Shown here piece after piece: positions 48,746 to 58,582 of a stretch of 64,000 nucleotides of DNA; the stretch's first letter is position 1; every line of letters begins with the position of its first letter. The notes below the pieces were generated by a model. That model was not told where the DNA came from, did no database searches, and worked only from the letters and a program-made list of their open reading frames with translations. The position numbers and the translations under genes are program-made. Origin of the DNA: an uncultured Nitrospiraceae bacterium (GTDB lineage: Bacteria > Nitrospirota > Nitrospiria > Nitrospirales > Nitrospiraceae); NCBI GenBank assembly GCA_963846575.1, contig CAWJWJ010000002.1, forward strand, positions 2,336,001-2,400,000, read 5' to 3'.

Positions 48746-49582
48746 CTAATAGGCGGCCGGTGCCGACAATGGGCGACTGGAGTACAGAGGGGCTGCATTG
48801 AAATTATCGAACTGGGCCGACGCCCCCCCACGCACCACGATCCCCACTTGCCCGACTCCAAGCGCCTGATCCTCTACGGACACCGCCAAGCTTCCGTCAA
48901 ACACTGTCTCCACGAAGTCCTTGCTGATAATGGTGTTACGTGTGACCCTCAGCGTATGCCATTCAACCGGTTTCAGCTTAAGGACTGCCCGACCGAGCAC
49001 CGACTCCTTCCCATCGATGACGCGCACGACTTCAAGTGCCTTATGGGACAAATCCACAATGGTTGCATAGTAATTGTTGGAATCCTTCAGGCTAAAAACC
49101 ACCCCGACCTGTCCCTGCGTGGAAGCGGCCCCTTCGTGAATACGGATGACAAGATCGGGGTACTCATACTGAAATCCCTTCGCCACAAGTAGTTCGACGC
49201 AGGTCGCGCATTGAGACACCCCACGCAGCACATGGGGAGATGAAGGCGGGGCCGCTTCTGCCTCCACCTTCCACGACCCACCGGACTGCTGCCCGGTGGT
49301 TGCCAGCACCGTAAATCCACCGGGTAGCTGTCCAAGCGAGTCTTTGTCGAAGGTCCAATCATTAAAAAGCTCAGGATTAGCTTGTTGACGTAGATGCTCA
49401 GCCTTTTCGGCATGGGTTTCCTTGGAGACAGCCCAGGCCGCTCCCGGGCCGGCCACCCACGGGCCAGTCATCACGAATGCAGCCAGCATCATCTTTACCG
49501 CAAATAACAGGTTGAGCGCGGGGGACCCGACATGGCAAGCCCCTGCCCGGTTTTGCAGGATCAGCTCATTGTTCTGTGACAC
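48746..49582 (-). CDS. Exported hypothetical protein with a probable ConA-like beta-sandwich domain
   Basis: GGAGG RBS, hydrophobic N-region, WTFD...GVVF..KD.NNYY...EWHTLRV...GQVG...FDNF pattern. Confidence 0.65.
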   Translation of the reverse strand: MSQNNELILQNRAGACHVGSPALNLLFAVKMMLAAFVMTGPWVAGPGAAWAVSKETHAEKAEHLRQQANPELFNDWTFDKDSLGQLPGGFTVLATTGQQSGGSWKVEAEAAPPSSPHVLRGVSQCATCVELLVAKGFQYEYPDLVIRIHEGAASTQGQVGVVFSLKDSNNYYATIVDLSHKALEVVRVIDGKESVLGRAVLKLKPVEWHTLRVTRNTIISKDFVETVFDGSLAVSVEDQALGVGQVGIVVRGGASAQFDNFNAAPLYSSRPLSAPAAY

Positions 49583-49604
49583 GGGATACTCCTCCGGAAC
49601 GTCC

Positions 49605-49859
49605 TCACGTTTTCGGGTGAGAACCTTTAATTTGAATAATGTCCTGTTGAAATCGATCGCGCTCGGCGAGAATCTTTTTTCGCCGCCACCCGCGCAACGT
49701 CCACCATTTTATCTTATCTCTGAACGTCACCACCGGTGGAGGGGTGCTTCCCACCGGCCCATGCTGAAATTCATAACCCTCATGCGTGCCCTGGTTCCTG
49801 CGGAACCGCTCATATTGGTAGTCGTAAAGACCCTTTCCCTGCCCTTCCATACGCGCCAC
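49605..49859 (-). CDS. Small hypothetical protein
   Basis: Fills the gap, is co-oriented with the downstream gene and has protein-like composition; no recognised family. Confidence 0.5.
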   Translation of the reverse strand: MARMEGQGKGLYDYQYERFRRNQGTHEGYEFQHGPVGSTPPPVVTFRDKIKWWTLRGWRRKKILAERDRFQQDIIQIKGSHPKT

Positions 49860-50044
49860 CTTTCACCCAACAAACGAACCTCATACCAAGCGGGACGTAG
49901 GATCCCAATCTGGACTATCTCGCAGCCGCTCGGCTGAGAACCGATAGTACACGGACGCTTCTGCACTCTGCAATGGGACCTTTTCCTTGTGTTATAGTGC
50001 GAGCATTCCAGTACGTAGCGGTCAGCTTGAGGACGCGCCGAACA

Positions 50045-50482
50045 ATGGATCTTGCTCAGCACCCACCCCGACGCTGGAGTGATACCCTGGCGGGTATGAT
50101 CTGGCTGCCTCGACTCATTGATAAGATACGTGCCTTTCAGGGCGGCACCCTCGGAACGTATGCCTATCCGTCTGCCCTGGACCAATCGTTCATGCGTCGA
50201 TTCCGATTCACTCCGGCCTTCATCGAGCGCGTGGTTCGTGAGACCGCTTCGGATGACGCGATCGGCATAGTGATACGACAGCATCTGCAGCTCACGGACG
50301 AAGAGGTAGCAAGCCGCTGTACGGTTTTTCGCAAGAAGTATCGAGTGGCTTTTTCCGTCCTGGACCGTGACGACGGGTATGCTCGTGGTTTAGGCTATCC
50401 CCTTCCGAGGTTTCTTCAAGCTCCACTCTGGCGATGGTATCAACGCTGGGCTGCCCAGAAGGCCTCCGCCACGTCCATCTGA
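50045..50482 (+). CDS. DUF5069-like protein
   Basis: DL...PPR...LAGMIWLPRLIDKIRA...GTLGTYAYP..LD pattern; GAGG RBS. Confidence 0.7.
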   Translation: MDLAQHPPRRWSDTLAGMIWLPRLIDKIRAFQGGTLGTYAYPSALDQSFMRRFRFTPAFIERVVRETASDDAIGIVIRQHLQLTDEEVASRCTVFRKKYRVAFSVLDRDDGYARGLGYPLPRFLQAPLWRWYQRWAAQKASATSI

Positions 50483-52071
50483 TGACACGCGGTCGCCCCA
50501 TACCAGTTCGCACTCTCCGACCTACAGCGGTCGCGCTCCTGGTCTCGCACCGTGTTCGATGGTTGTTCCGGTTGGTCATGGTTCTCTTGGCAGGCCTGAC
50601 CACGGCCTCAAGTTTCGCAGGGGCTCCCATCGACGCACCAAGACCCGTTTCGCAGGCCTTGCAGATGATTTCAAGCGACCGCATGTTGTCGGATATCGCC
50701 GCATTGACGGGACCGGGGTTCAACGGACGCCAAACCGGAACCATCGACGACCTGTCCTCGGCGGAGTTCGTTCAGCGCCGGTTCCTGCAACTACTCATGC
50801 AATCCGCACCAGGCTCAGGGGACTCCATGAAGCTCGATCGACCTGCGGACCGTACCCTCATCCAATCCACCGGCGTCCAGCACACGACGATTGCCCCTGA
50901 CCCCATCCTCCGTCCCCTCTCCGCCTCCGACTCTCCGCCCGCCTTGCTCGGCATCGATTACCTCCCGATACTGGACTCCCCCTCCGCAGACATCGAAGCC
51001 CCTCTTGTGTTTACCGGTTACGGAATCTCAGACCCCGCAGAGGGACTCGATGAATACTCAGGAATCGATGTCCGGAACAAGGTGGTCCTGTTCCTTCGGG
51101 GCAAACCCGGAGGCTACGGAAAACAGGTCTCTCACGCAGACAAGGTACGCATCGCTCACGCAAGGGGAGCCATCGGCTATCTGGTGGCGACGGGTCCGAT
51201 CCTGAGTGCGTACGAGACTCGCCGAGGTGTCACAGGCAGGCCAAGCGCCTTTTACGGATTAGTGGAATCGACTGAGGCCATCCCTGGCGCCTGGATCAGC
51301 ACCCCACTTGCCGCAGCCATTTTTGGCGCTCACCAGGGTACCTCCGACCGGCTACAGGCCTCTCAACGGCAGATCAATGAGGCCATGACACCACAATCGG
51401 CGGCACTCGATACAAGCATTATCATGCGCTGGCAGAGCCTGCGGAAAAACGGCACCCTCCATAATGTGGTCTCCATCGTCCCGGGACAGGATGCAACGCA
51501 CCGGCATGAAGCCGTGGTGATCGGCGCCCACCGTGACCATTTTGGGCAACAAGGGGGGCTGCTGTTCGCCGGGGCCGACGATAATGCGTCAGGTACGGCA
51601 GTGTTGCTGGAGGTGGCACGGGCGCTCGCCTCGTCTCCCGCCGGCCGCAAACGTGCGATCGTCCTGGTGTCATTTAGCGGAGAGGAACAGGGGCTGTTGG
51701 GGTCGAAGTTATACGTGTCTCAACCGCTCGTGCCGTTGCCGGCCACCGTGGCGATGATCAACGTGGATCACGCAGGAGTCGGGAACGGGAGACTCACCGT
51801 CGGGGTAACCGGGCTGGATAAAACTACCGCTCAACAGGCGGGACAGCTGGCAGGGCTGGAGGACCGCCTCGACTTGTTTGGCTTCTTTCCCGGCGGAGAT
51901 CACGTGCCGTTCAAAGAGGCCGGCATTCCCACACTCACGGTCGTGAGCAGCGGAGTGCACCCGCATTTCCATCAACCGACCGACAGGGTGGACACGTTGA
52001 CGCCCGAGATTCTCGTCGCAGCCGCGCGATATGTCTTGGCCTTGGCCTGGCAACTCGCCGACGCGCCTTAG
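50482..52071 (+). CDS. Exported M28 family peptidase with PA domain
   Basis: GRQTGT, PA insert, GAHRDH, GADDNASG, GEEQGLLGS, DHVPF and HQPTD. Confidence 0.9.
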   Translation: MTRGRPIPVRTLRPTAVALLVSHRVRWLFRLVMVLLAGLTTASSFAGAPIDAPRPVSQALQMISSDRMLSDIAALTGPGFNGRQTGTIDDLSSAEFVQRRFLQLLMQSAPGSGDSMKLDRPADRTLIQSTGVQHTTIAPDPILRPLSASDSPPALLGIDYLPILDSPSADIEAPLVFTGYGISDPAEGLDEYSGIDVRNKVVLFLRGKPGGYGKQVSHADKVRIAHARGAIGYLVATGPILSAYETRRGVTGRPSAFYGLVESTEAIPGAWISTPLAAAIFGAHQGTSDRLQASQRQINEAMTPQSAALDTSIIMRWQSLRKNGTLHNVVSIVPGQDATHRHEAVVIGAHRDHFGQQGGLLFAGADDNASGTAVLLEVARALASSPAGRKRAIVLVSFSGEEQGLLGSKLYVSQPLVPLPATVAMINVDHAGVGNGRLTVGVTGLDKTTAQQAGQLAGLEDRLDLFGFFPGGDHVPFKEAGIPTLTVVSSGVHPHFHQPTDRVDTLTPEILVAAARYVLALAWQLADAP

Positions 52072-52092
52072 CGTGGCAAGCCCCCCTTACAT

Positions 52093-52133
52093 GGCCACGA
52101 CCTCAGCCACCGCCCCAAGGCGCCGTCGTGGCC
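52093..52133. terminator. Inverted repeat between convergent genes
   Basis: GGCCACGAC...GTCGTGGCC between the M28 and glucosidase stop codons; long loop, no U-tract. Confidence 0.35.
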
Positions 52134-52139
52134 GAGGCG

Positions 52140-54305
52140 TTATTTCACCGAAACGACTTCGACTTGTCCCTTCCGGCGGATCACGGTAATGCCGACGTCG
52201 AAATCATGGCGCCGCAACAACAGATCGACTGAAGCTGTTCCAACTTTCAAATTCTTAATCTGCATCTCACCCACGAATTTCGGCAGGATGGGGTGATAAA
52301 AGACCACCTTGCGCTCAGAGGCGAGGATGGTCAATCCGAGGCAAGCTTGAAGCGCCATGAATGCCGAACCGGCCGCCCAGGCCTGAGGATTACAGGCCAC
52401 GGGATACCGCGTCAGCCCTTGACCAGGTCGGCGGACGAATCCGCAGAACAGTTCCGGCAATCGATGAAAGTCGAGGACCAGACTGACATCGAATAGGCCC
52501 GTCATCACCTTCTCAACCTCAGTCTTAAGGCCATATCGAGCCAGGCCAAGAGCGATCATGGCGTTGTCGTGAGGCCAGACGGATCCGTTGTGATAGGACA
52601 TCGGATTATACCGTCGTTCGGAATCGGCAAGGGTCCGAATCCCCCACCCACTGAACATCTCATCAGACATGAGCGTCTCAGCCAGTCGCCTGGCGTGCTC
52701 CTCTGTCGCGATTCCGGTATAGAGGCAGTGTCCCGCGTTAGACGTTTTGATCCGACAAGGCCGCTTACGGCCGTCCAGGGCAAGAGCATAGGTGGAAAGA
52801 TCGTCGCACCAGAACGCCTCTTCAAAACGCTCCCGTAAACTAGAGGCCTGCTGCTGCAGCTCGTTGGATCGATCCGCATACCCGAGGGCAGCCGCGAGTT
52901 TGGAGGCCTGCAACTTCGCGTCATACACGTACCCTTGCACTTCACAGAGGGCGATCGGACCTTCAGCCATAGAACCGTCTTCGTGCGAAATCGAATCGTG
53001 GGAGTCTTTCCAGCCTTGGTTGTCCAGACCCGTGGGTGACTTCCGTACATATTCGAGAAAACCGTCTCGATCGGGATCACCAAACGTATCCATCCAGGTC
53101 AAGGCCGCCTCGATATTGGCCCAAATGGACTGCACGAATGCCAGATCCGCCGTCCGCTCATAGTAGGCACCGGCCAGCATGACGAACAATGGAGTGGAGT
53201 CGACGCTACCATAATAGACTCCGAACGGAATCTCCCCCAGAGTCGCCATTTCGCCCATGCGCGTCTCGTGGAGAATCTTTCCGGGTTCGGCGTCTTGGGC
53301 TGGATTCACCTCGGTGGCCTGCGAGGACGCGAGATAGGCCAGGACCCCGCGTGCCAATGCCGGCCTGATCCACAAACACTCCATGGCGGTGATAATGCCG
53401 TCCCGCCCGAACGGCGTACTGAACCAGGGCACCCCCGCGTAGGGATAGGGACCGTCCTTCGTGTCCGTGACCATCATGCACACATCCAGTAACGAACGGT
53501 TCCACCAGGCATTAAACTGAGCGTTCGAGGTTTGAATGGTGCAGTCCTGTGTCTGCTCAGTGCCAAAGGCCAATCCCGCCTCAGCCATCGCCGCATCGTA
53601 GGCCAAGAACGTTCTGGAGTCTTGCGAGAGATCGCAGGCCACAATGACCGCTACGGCCGCCTCACCCTTCGGATCAAGTTCGATCTCAAAAGTCGCCTGG
53701 GAAGCCGTGATCTCCCGGGGCGTGGGCGTGAACTGAACCCTGGTTTCCCTGGTCACCTCATCAAGCCCTTCATACCGCAACACCAGCAAATCTTTCTCCA
53801 GGACATTCGGCAACAGCGTCCCCTTGCGCTCTCGCTTTTTGCCGCGCACCTCAAAGATATCCGCGAAATCAGCCTCAAACCGGATCGAGAGGGTCATTTT
53901 GACCGGCGCCAGACTATAGTTGGAGAGGCGAAACCGCTCATAGCTCACCCCGTTCCAGAGAAAGCGCGACCGAAACACATGGACGCTGCCGCGCGGAATC
54001 GCGATGCGACCATCCCGATACAAATCCGGATTCGTGAGGTCCACGGCCAACAAGGCGTTGTCTTCTTTCACCATGGAACTCAGCAGCATCGGGCGGTCGT
54101 TATTCAGAAACAGTTCCTGTCGCGATAAGAACCGCGTCCCTTGGTGGAACAATCCCTGGGATCCCCGGCCCAGCGGTTGTATGTCGCCGTAGCGATCAAA
54201 CACCCCGAACGTCTCCCCATGCTTCAGGACGCGTGTGCGGTCATCCGCCATCGACGAACTGGCCAAGATATAAAATCGATCATTAACGTTAATGATATCT
54301 TCCAC
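52140..54305 (-). CDS. Amylo-alpha-1,6-glucosidase / glycogen-debranching-like six-hairpin glycosidase
   Basis: AGVPWFSTPFGRD, EPGKILHE, NQGWKDS, YHNGSVWPHD, LPELFCG and PQAWAAG; GTG start after GGGAGG. Confidence 0.9.
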   Translation of the reverse strand: MEDIINVNDRFYILASSSMADDRTRVLKHGETFGVFDRYGDIQPLGRGSQGLFHQGTRFLSRQELFLNNDRPMLLSSMVKEDNALLAVDLTNPDLYRDGRIAIPRGSVHVFRSRFLWNGVSYERFRLSNYSLAPVKMTLSIRFEADFADIFEVRGKKRERKGTLLPNVLEKDLLVLRYEGLDEVTRETRVQFTPTPREITASQATFEIELDPKGEAAVAVIVACDLSQDSRTFLAYDAAMAEAGLAFGTEQTQDCTIQTSNAQFNAWWNRSLLDVCMMVTDTKDGPYPYAGVPWFSTPFGRDGIITAMECLWIRPALARGVLAYLASSQATEVNPAQDAEPGKILHETRMGEMATLGEIPFGVYYGSVDSTPLFVMLAGAYYERTADLAFVQSIWANIEAALTWMDTFGDPDRDGFLEYVRKSPTGLDNQGWKDSHDSISHEDGSMAEGPIALCEVQGYVYDAKLQASKLAAALGYADRSNELQQQASSLRERFEEAFWCDDLSTYALALDGRKRPCRIKTSNAGHCLYTGIATEEHARRLAETLMSDEMFSGWGIRTLADSERRYNPMSYHNGSVWPHDNAMIALGLARYGLKTEVEKVMTGLFDVSLVLDFHRLPELFCGFVRRPGQGLTRYPVACNPQAWAAGSAFMALQACLGLTILASERKVVFYHPILPKFVGEMQIKNLKVGTASVDLLLRRHDFDVGITVIRRKGQVEVVSVK

Positions 54306-54431
54306 GTATTCCTCCCGCCATCTCGGGCTCATCCACGAAACGCATGACAGCCGCTCCGGCGATTCGCCCTATGGCCTGATATCTCTCCATCTGTGGTGTC
54401 CTTCGCGGAGCCACCCGGATCATCCACCGAT

Positions 54432-55772
54432 TCAATGACTCATGGGTTGTGTGACCATCTCAATGGGAGGTTCCGCCTCTTCCAACTCTTGAGGCTTCAC
54501 CTCCGTCCAATTAGTCCGTATCCAACGTACGACGCGCAGGGAAACCAGCGCTGAGAGGAGGAGTCCCACCCCAATGCCAAAGACACTGGGCCGTTCTCCA
54601 AACTCTTGCGTCACCCAGCCAAATATCGTCATGCCGGCAATGGCCGAAGTCATGGCTCCGAGATTGTAGATTGCGAGCACCCGCCCTAACAGGGAGGTCG
54701 GGGCAATTTCCTGCAATACCCCCCACGCGACCGGCGTCAGCGTCCCGGCCCCCATGCCGATGATGACCATTAAGCCCGCCGCCACCAGCCGGTTCGAGGT
54801 CATAATCAATCCGAACAGCGCCAGTCCGCTGATGGCACTGGACAATGCCATGAGCTGGATGCGCTGAGGGAGTGCTCGGGCGGACAGGGACACCAGCCCG
54901 AGCGATACCAATAGGAGCCCGACCCCGAAGGCGGACCATAGATACCCGACTTCGATCGGGCCCAGGTCGAGCAGCCTCTTCCCGAAGACAGGAAAGAGGG
55001 TGCTGAATGCGCTCGTTGCAAAGGTATACATTGAGGCGGCGCCAATCAACATCAGAATGATCCGCTGGCGACGGAACACATAATGAAATCCAGCCACGAC
55101 ATCGCGGAACGTCCCGGCCAGCGAGGCCTCGCCTGCCTGGACCGGTTCTGCGGATGGAAACCTGATAAACAGAAAACAAGCGGCCGAGATCACGTAGCTG
55201 ACCGCGTTCACGCACAACACTTCCTGGGAGCTCATGGTGGCAATCCCCACTCCGCTCAGCGCCGGTCCGAGGATGATGCCGATGCTGGTCGTCGTTTGGA
55301 GCAGCGCATTCGCCGCAGTGAATTCATGCCGGGAGACGAGCGAGGGGATTGCTGCAGTCAACGCGGGACCGAACACCGCCGAGGCGACGGCATGCACGAA
55401 CACAAGGAGGTAGAGCCGCTCGATACTGAACGCCTCCACGGGTATCAGGCAGGGAATAACGCCCAGAACGACGGCGCGAATTAGATCGCTGCTGATCAAA
55501 AGGAGTTTTTTGGGTACACGATCGACGACCACGCCGATGAAGGGGCCGAATAAGATGGGCGGCAAGGTCTGCAGCAGCCCGATCATCGTCGTCTTAAGGG
55601 GAGAGCCCGTGATGGCATAGACAAACCAGAGCAGGGCGAGCTTGGACACACCATCGCCGACCTGTGAGACCATCTGGCCCCACCAGACCAGTGTGAAATC
55701 GCGCGTCAAGAGCTGCGGCGACCACTTTACGTTCGGACGTCCTGCCTCTCCCCTGATAGGCTGTGTCTTCAT
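54432..55772 (-). CDS. MFS transporter (DHA3/MFS_3-like), paralogue A
   Basis: About 12 TM helices, SQVGDG and GVVVDRVPKK motif A. Confidence 0.9.
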   Translation of the reverse strand: MKTQPIRGEAGRPNVKWSPQLLTRDFTLVWWGQMVSQVGDGVSKLALLWFVYAITGSPLKTTMIGLLQTLPPILFGPFIGVVVDRVPKKLLLISSDLIRAVVLGVIPCLIPVEAFSIERLYLLVFVHAVASAVFGPALTAAIPSLVSRHEFTAANALLQTTTSIGIILGPALSGVGIATMSSQEVLCVNAVSYVISAACFLFIRFPSAEPVQAGEASLAGTFRDVVAGFHYVFRRQRIILMLIGAASMYTFATSAFSTLFPVFGKRLLDLGPIEVGYLWSAFGVGLLLVSLGLVSLSARALPQRIQLMALSSAISGLALFGLIMTSNRLVAAGLMVIIGMGAGTLTPVAWGVLQEIAPTSLLGRVLAIYNLGAMTSAIAGMTIFGWVTQEFGERPSVFGIGVGLLLSALVSLRVVRWIRTNWTEVKPQELEEAEPPIEMVTQPMSH

Positions 55773-55827
55773 ACGCTCAGCGGACCGGCTGGCGAGTTCC
55801 CTCTGTCGATCAGGTCATGCAATGATC

Positions 55828-57081
55828 CTAGTCCCCCACGACCAATCGCACTGCATCGGTGATGACGGCCCGCACACCCGGAACCTGTCGGGCAGCCTGG
55901 GCCGCTTCCAGGACAATGACTTGAAACCGCGTATTCCCGCTGAGCGTGACAATACCGTCCTCGGTTTTTACATCGAATTTGACAGATTGCAAGGTTTTGC
56001 TTTTCTCAAACCGCTCTTTCACCAGTTGAGTGAGGGTCTTGTCTCGATCTGCGACAAGACCATGCATGGCATCCGCCTCGACTTTCAGGCGATTGTCTAC
56101 TGCATGGACGCCCTCAAGACATCGCACAATTTCCGTGGCCACCTTCTTGTCAGATTCCTGAGACACCTTCCCCAGTAACACAAGGTCCTTGTCCCTGGCA
56201 TCCACCTCTATTTCATAGGGAAAGAGTCTGGGATCAGCCATGAGCGCAAGCTTGGCGGTTACCATGGGGGAACGAAGCGGTTTCTTCGGTTCGCTCTCTG
56301 CTGCCTTGGGGCGGTCTCCCGCACCATTGTCGCCGGATGGGGCGGGCGTATCGTTCGTGCTCTTCGGCTCTGCCGATTGGGCCGCGGGAGGACAGGGATT
56401 CTCAGGCGGCATCGGTGCATCCTTGAGTTTCGACTCCCCGTCTTTCGGTTTTGATTCCGAATCTTTTGTCTTCTCGGACTCCTTCGCTTTCACGGGGGAA
56501 TCCTTCGGCTTCGACTCGGGCTCTTTGGTCCTGCCCTCGCTCTCCTTTGGTTTGGCCTCCGCGTCTTTCGGTTTCGCTTCCGTTTCTTTTGGCTTCTCGG
56601 ACTGGTTGGACTTGACGGAAGGTTCCTTCGGTTTTAACTCTGGCTCCTTGGACTTGCTCTCGGTCTCCTTCGGTTTCGCCTCCGCGTCTTTCGGTTTCGC
56701 TTCCGTCTCTTTCACCTTCTCAGACTCTTTGGCCTTAGCCGGGGAATCTTTCGGTTTCACCTCCGGCTCCTTGGGCTTGGTCTCGGTCTCCTTGGGTTTG
56801 GCCTCACCCTCTTTGGGTCTGACCTCACTCTCCTTTGGTTTTTGCTCGACCGGCTTGGAGTCAGCGTCAGGTTTGGAATCCGGCTCTTTCGGCTTCACTT
56901 CCGGGTCTTTCGATGGCTGCGCCGGGGGAGACTCAAGTTTGGCGTCCGACGTCGAATCAGCAGCCGTCGCAACTACTCCTGTGCCGATCAGCAACCCTGC
57001 CAGTGTCAGTACTCCGACCAGAGGAACAGACTGAGTCATCCACATAGGCCCCTCATATGTTGAATTAGACCGCGACTGCAA
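55828..57081 (-). CDS. Exported protein with a K/E/P-rich repeat region and two BON domains
   Basis: Signal-like hydrophobic stretch, heptad repeats, then VLLGKV...GVHAVDNRL and GIVTLSG...VPGVRAV BON motifs. Start may be 57045 or 57039. Confidence 0.85.
   Translation of the reverse strand: MQSRSNSTYEGPMWMTQSVPLVGVLTLAGLLIGTGVVATAADSTSDAKLESPPAQPSKDPEVKPKEPDSKPDADSKPVEQKPKESEVRPKEGEAKPKETETKPKEPEVKPKDSPAKAKESEKVKETEAKPKDAEAKPKETESKSKEPELKPKEPSVKSNQSEKPKETEAKPKDAEAKPKESEGRTKEPESKPKDSPVKAKESEKTKDSESKPKDGESKLKDAPMPPENPCPPAAQSAEPKSTNDTPAPSGDNGAGDRPKAAESEPKKPLRSPMVTAKLALMADPRLFPYEIEVDARDKDLVLLGKVSQESDKKVATEIVRCLEGVHAVDNRLKVEADAMHGLVADRDKTLTQLVKERFEKSKTLQSVKFDVKTEDGIVTLSGNTRFQVIVLEAAQAARQVPGVRAVITDAVRLVVGD
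56404..56910 (-). repeat. Intragenic 21-bp (7-aa) repeats organised into 123-bp (41-aa) higher-order units
   Basis: K[ED]xExKP heptads; near-identical GCCTCCGCGTCTTTCGGTTTCGCTTCCGT at about 56555 and 56678, 123 bp apart. Confidence 0.85.
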
Positions 57082-57264
57082 GGCTGACTACGAGCACACA
57101 TCCTGATCGTTGAAGGAGGAGACGAACGCCTCCAGAAGAAAGACATACGCGAGGCACGGGGATAAAGCAACTTCTGCAAAACCCACAACAAGCGATACAG
57201 CAATACCCTAGCGCGAGGCGCTTCCGCTGTGACCTCGATGTGCCAAAATAATGGGAAGCGAAGG

Positions 57265-58548
57265 TTACGCGGCCAGCGGTCTCACAGCCATCTCACGGCG
57301 GCTGACCTGAACCGTGACCACGGCAGTGAGCAAGAGAAGGAGTCCGATTCCGACAAGACACACGGCAGGACCCAAGGCATCGGCAGCCCATCCGAATCCC
57401 ACCATCCCGACCATTGCGGAGGCCATTCCCCCCGTGCTGAACGTGGTAAATACTCGACCCAAGAGATGTTCCGGGGTGACTTCCTGAAGCATGGCCCAGA
57501 CCACTGGATAGAAAAGCGACGTGCTGCCTCCGATTACGACGATTAAAAGAAACGTGCTGAACAACACCGGCGTTTGGATCAGCCCCAACGCACAGACCGC
57601 GACACCGCCGATCGCCAGAGAGCGGCCGATTTTCACGACACGATCCTGGAATGAGCCTTGGGGAGTCCTGGCAAGCCAAATGGAGGCCCCTAGCATTCCG
57701 ATACCCAATGCCGACCACAACCAGCCCAGTTCCATAGGACCAACCTGCAACAGTTCCTTCGCCACCACGGGGAGGAGGAACACAAAGGCGCTGATCGCAA
57801 GGTTGTACAGCACCGCCGTCACCATCAGCGAGAACACGACCCGATGCTGTAGGAACACAAAACGAAACCCAACCATCATGTCCTGAATGACCGGAGTCGA
57901 GAGGGCCTGCAATCCCTTCACCACACGATTGTCTCGCACACGAATCGGCAGGAGGAACAGCGCAGACACCAGGAAGGTTGCCGCGTCTACGTACAACACA
58001 TTTTGAGCCCCGATCAGTGCGATACCGAGTCCGCTCATGGCCGGGCCAAGCAATACCCCGATATTCGTGGTGCTCTGAAGAAATGCGTTCGCGGACGTAA
58101 GTTGCGACCGATGGACAATCAGCGGAACCGCGGAGGCCAGAGCCGGCCCGAATATGGTGGAAACGATCGAGATGAGAAACACCAAGACGTATAAGCGTTC
58201 CAGCGTCAGCATATCAAACGTATAGAAGAGCGGTATCAGCAGCACCATCAACGTTCGTAGGAGGTCTACCACAATCATGACGGTTTTCTTGGGCAGACAA
58301 TCGAGGTAGACGCCGATCAGCGGGCCGAACACTAAGGGTGGGATGGTTTGCAGGAGCCCAATGGCCGTCATTTTAAGGGCTGACCCGGTCATCTCATAGA
58401 CGAACCAGAGCAGTGCAACTTTGCTGAGTCCATCGCCGATCTGTGAGACGACCTGGCCGGCCCACAGGCACCCGAAATCGCGGGTTCCCAGCATCCGCCA
58501 CCCGGGCGCATCGGTCCCGCCGGAATCAGATTGCAACTCGTCTGCCAT
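57265..58548 (-). CDS. MFS transporter (DHA3/MFS_3-like), paralogue B
   Basis: About 12 TM helices; N-terminus visibly paralogous to 54432-55772. Confidence 0.9.
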   Translation of the reverse strand: MADELQSDSGGTDAPGWRMLGTRDFGCLWAGQVVSQIGDGLSKVALLWFVYEMTGSALKMTAIGLLQTIPPLVFGPLIGVYLDCLPKKTVMIVVDLLRTLMVLLIPLFYTFDMLTLERLYVLVFLISIVSTIFGPALASAVPLIVHRSQLTSANAFLQSTTNIGVLLGPAMSGLGIALIGAQNVLYVDAATFLVSALFLLPIRVRDNRVVKGLQALSTPVIQDMMVGFRFVFLQHRVVFSLMVTAVLYNLAISAFVFLLPVVAKELLQVGPMELGWLWSALGIGMLGASIWLARTPQGSFQDRVVKIGRSLAIGGVAVCALGLIQTPVLFSTFLLIVVIGGSTSLFYPVVWAMLQEVTPEHLLGRVFTTFSTGGMASAMVGMVGFGWAADALGPAVCLVGIGLLLLLTAVVTVQVSRREMAVRPLAA

Positions 58549-58582
58549 GCTTGTCCTTCCGCGAGGGGTGAGATCGCGCTGC

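Noticed and set aside
56240..57034. Ser/Phe/Gly-rich plus-strand ORF, and the repeats read as a possible CRISPR array
   Set aside because: It is the reverse complement of the K/E/P coding repeats. Units are contiguous, in-frame and degenerate, with no unique spacers and no cas genes.
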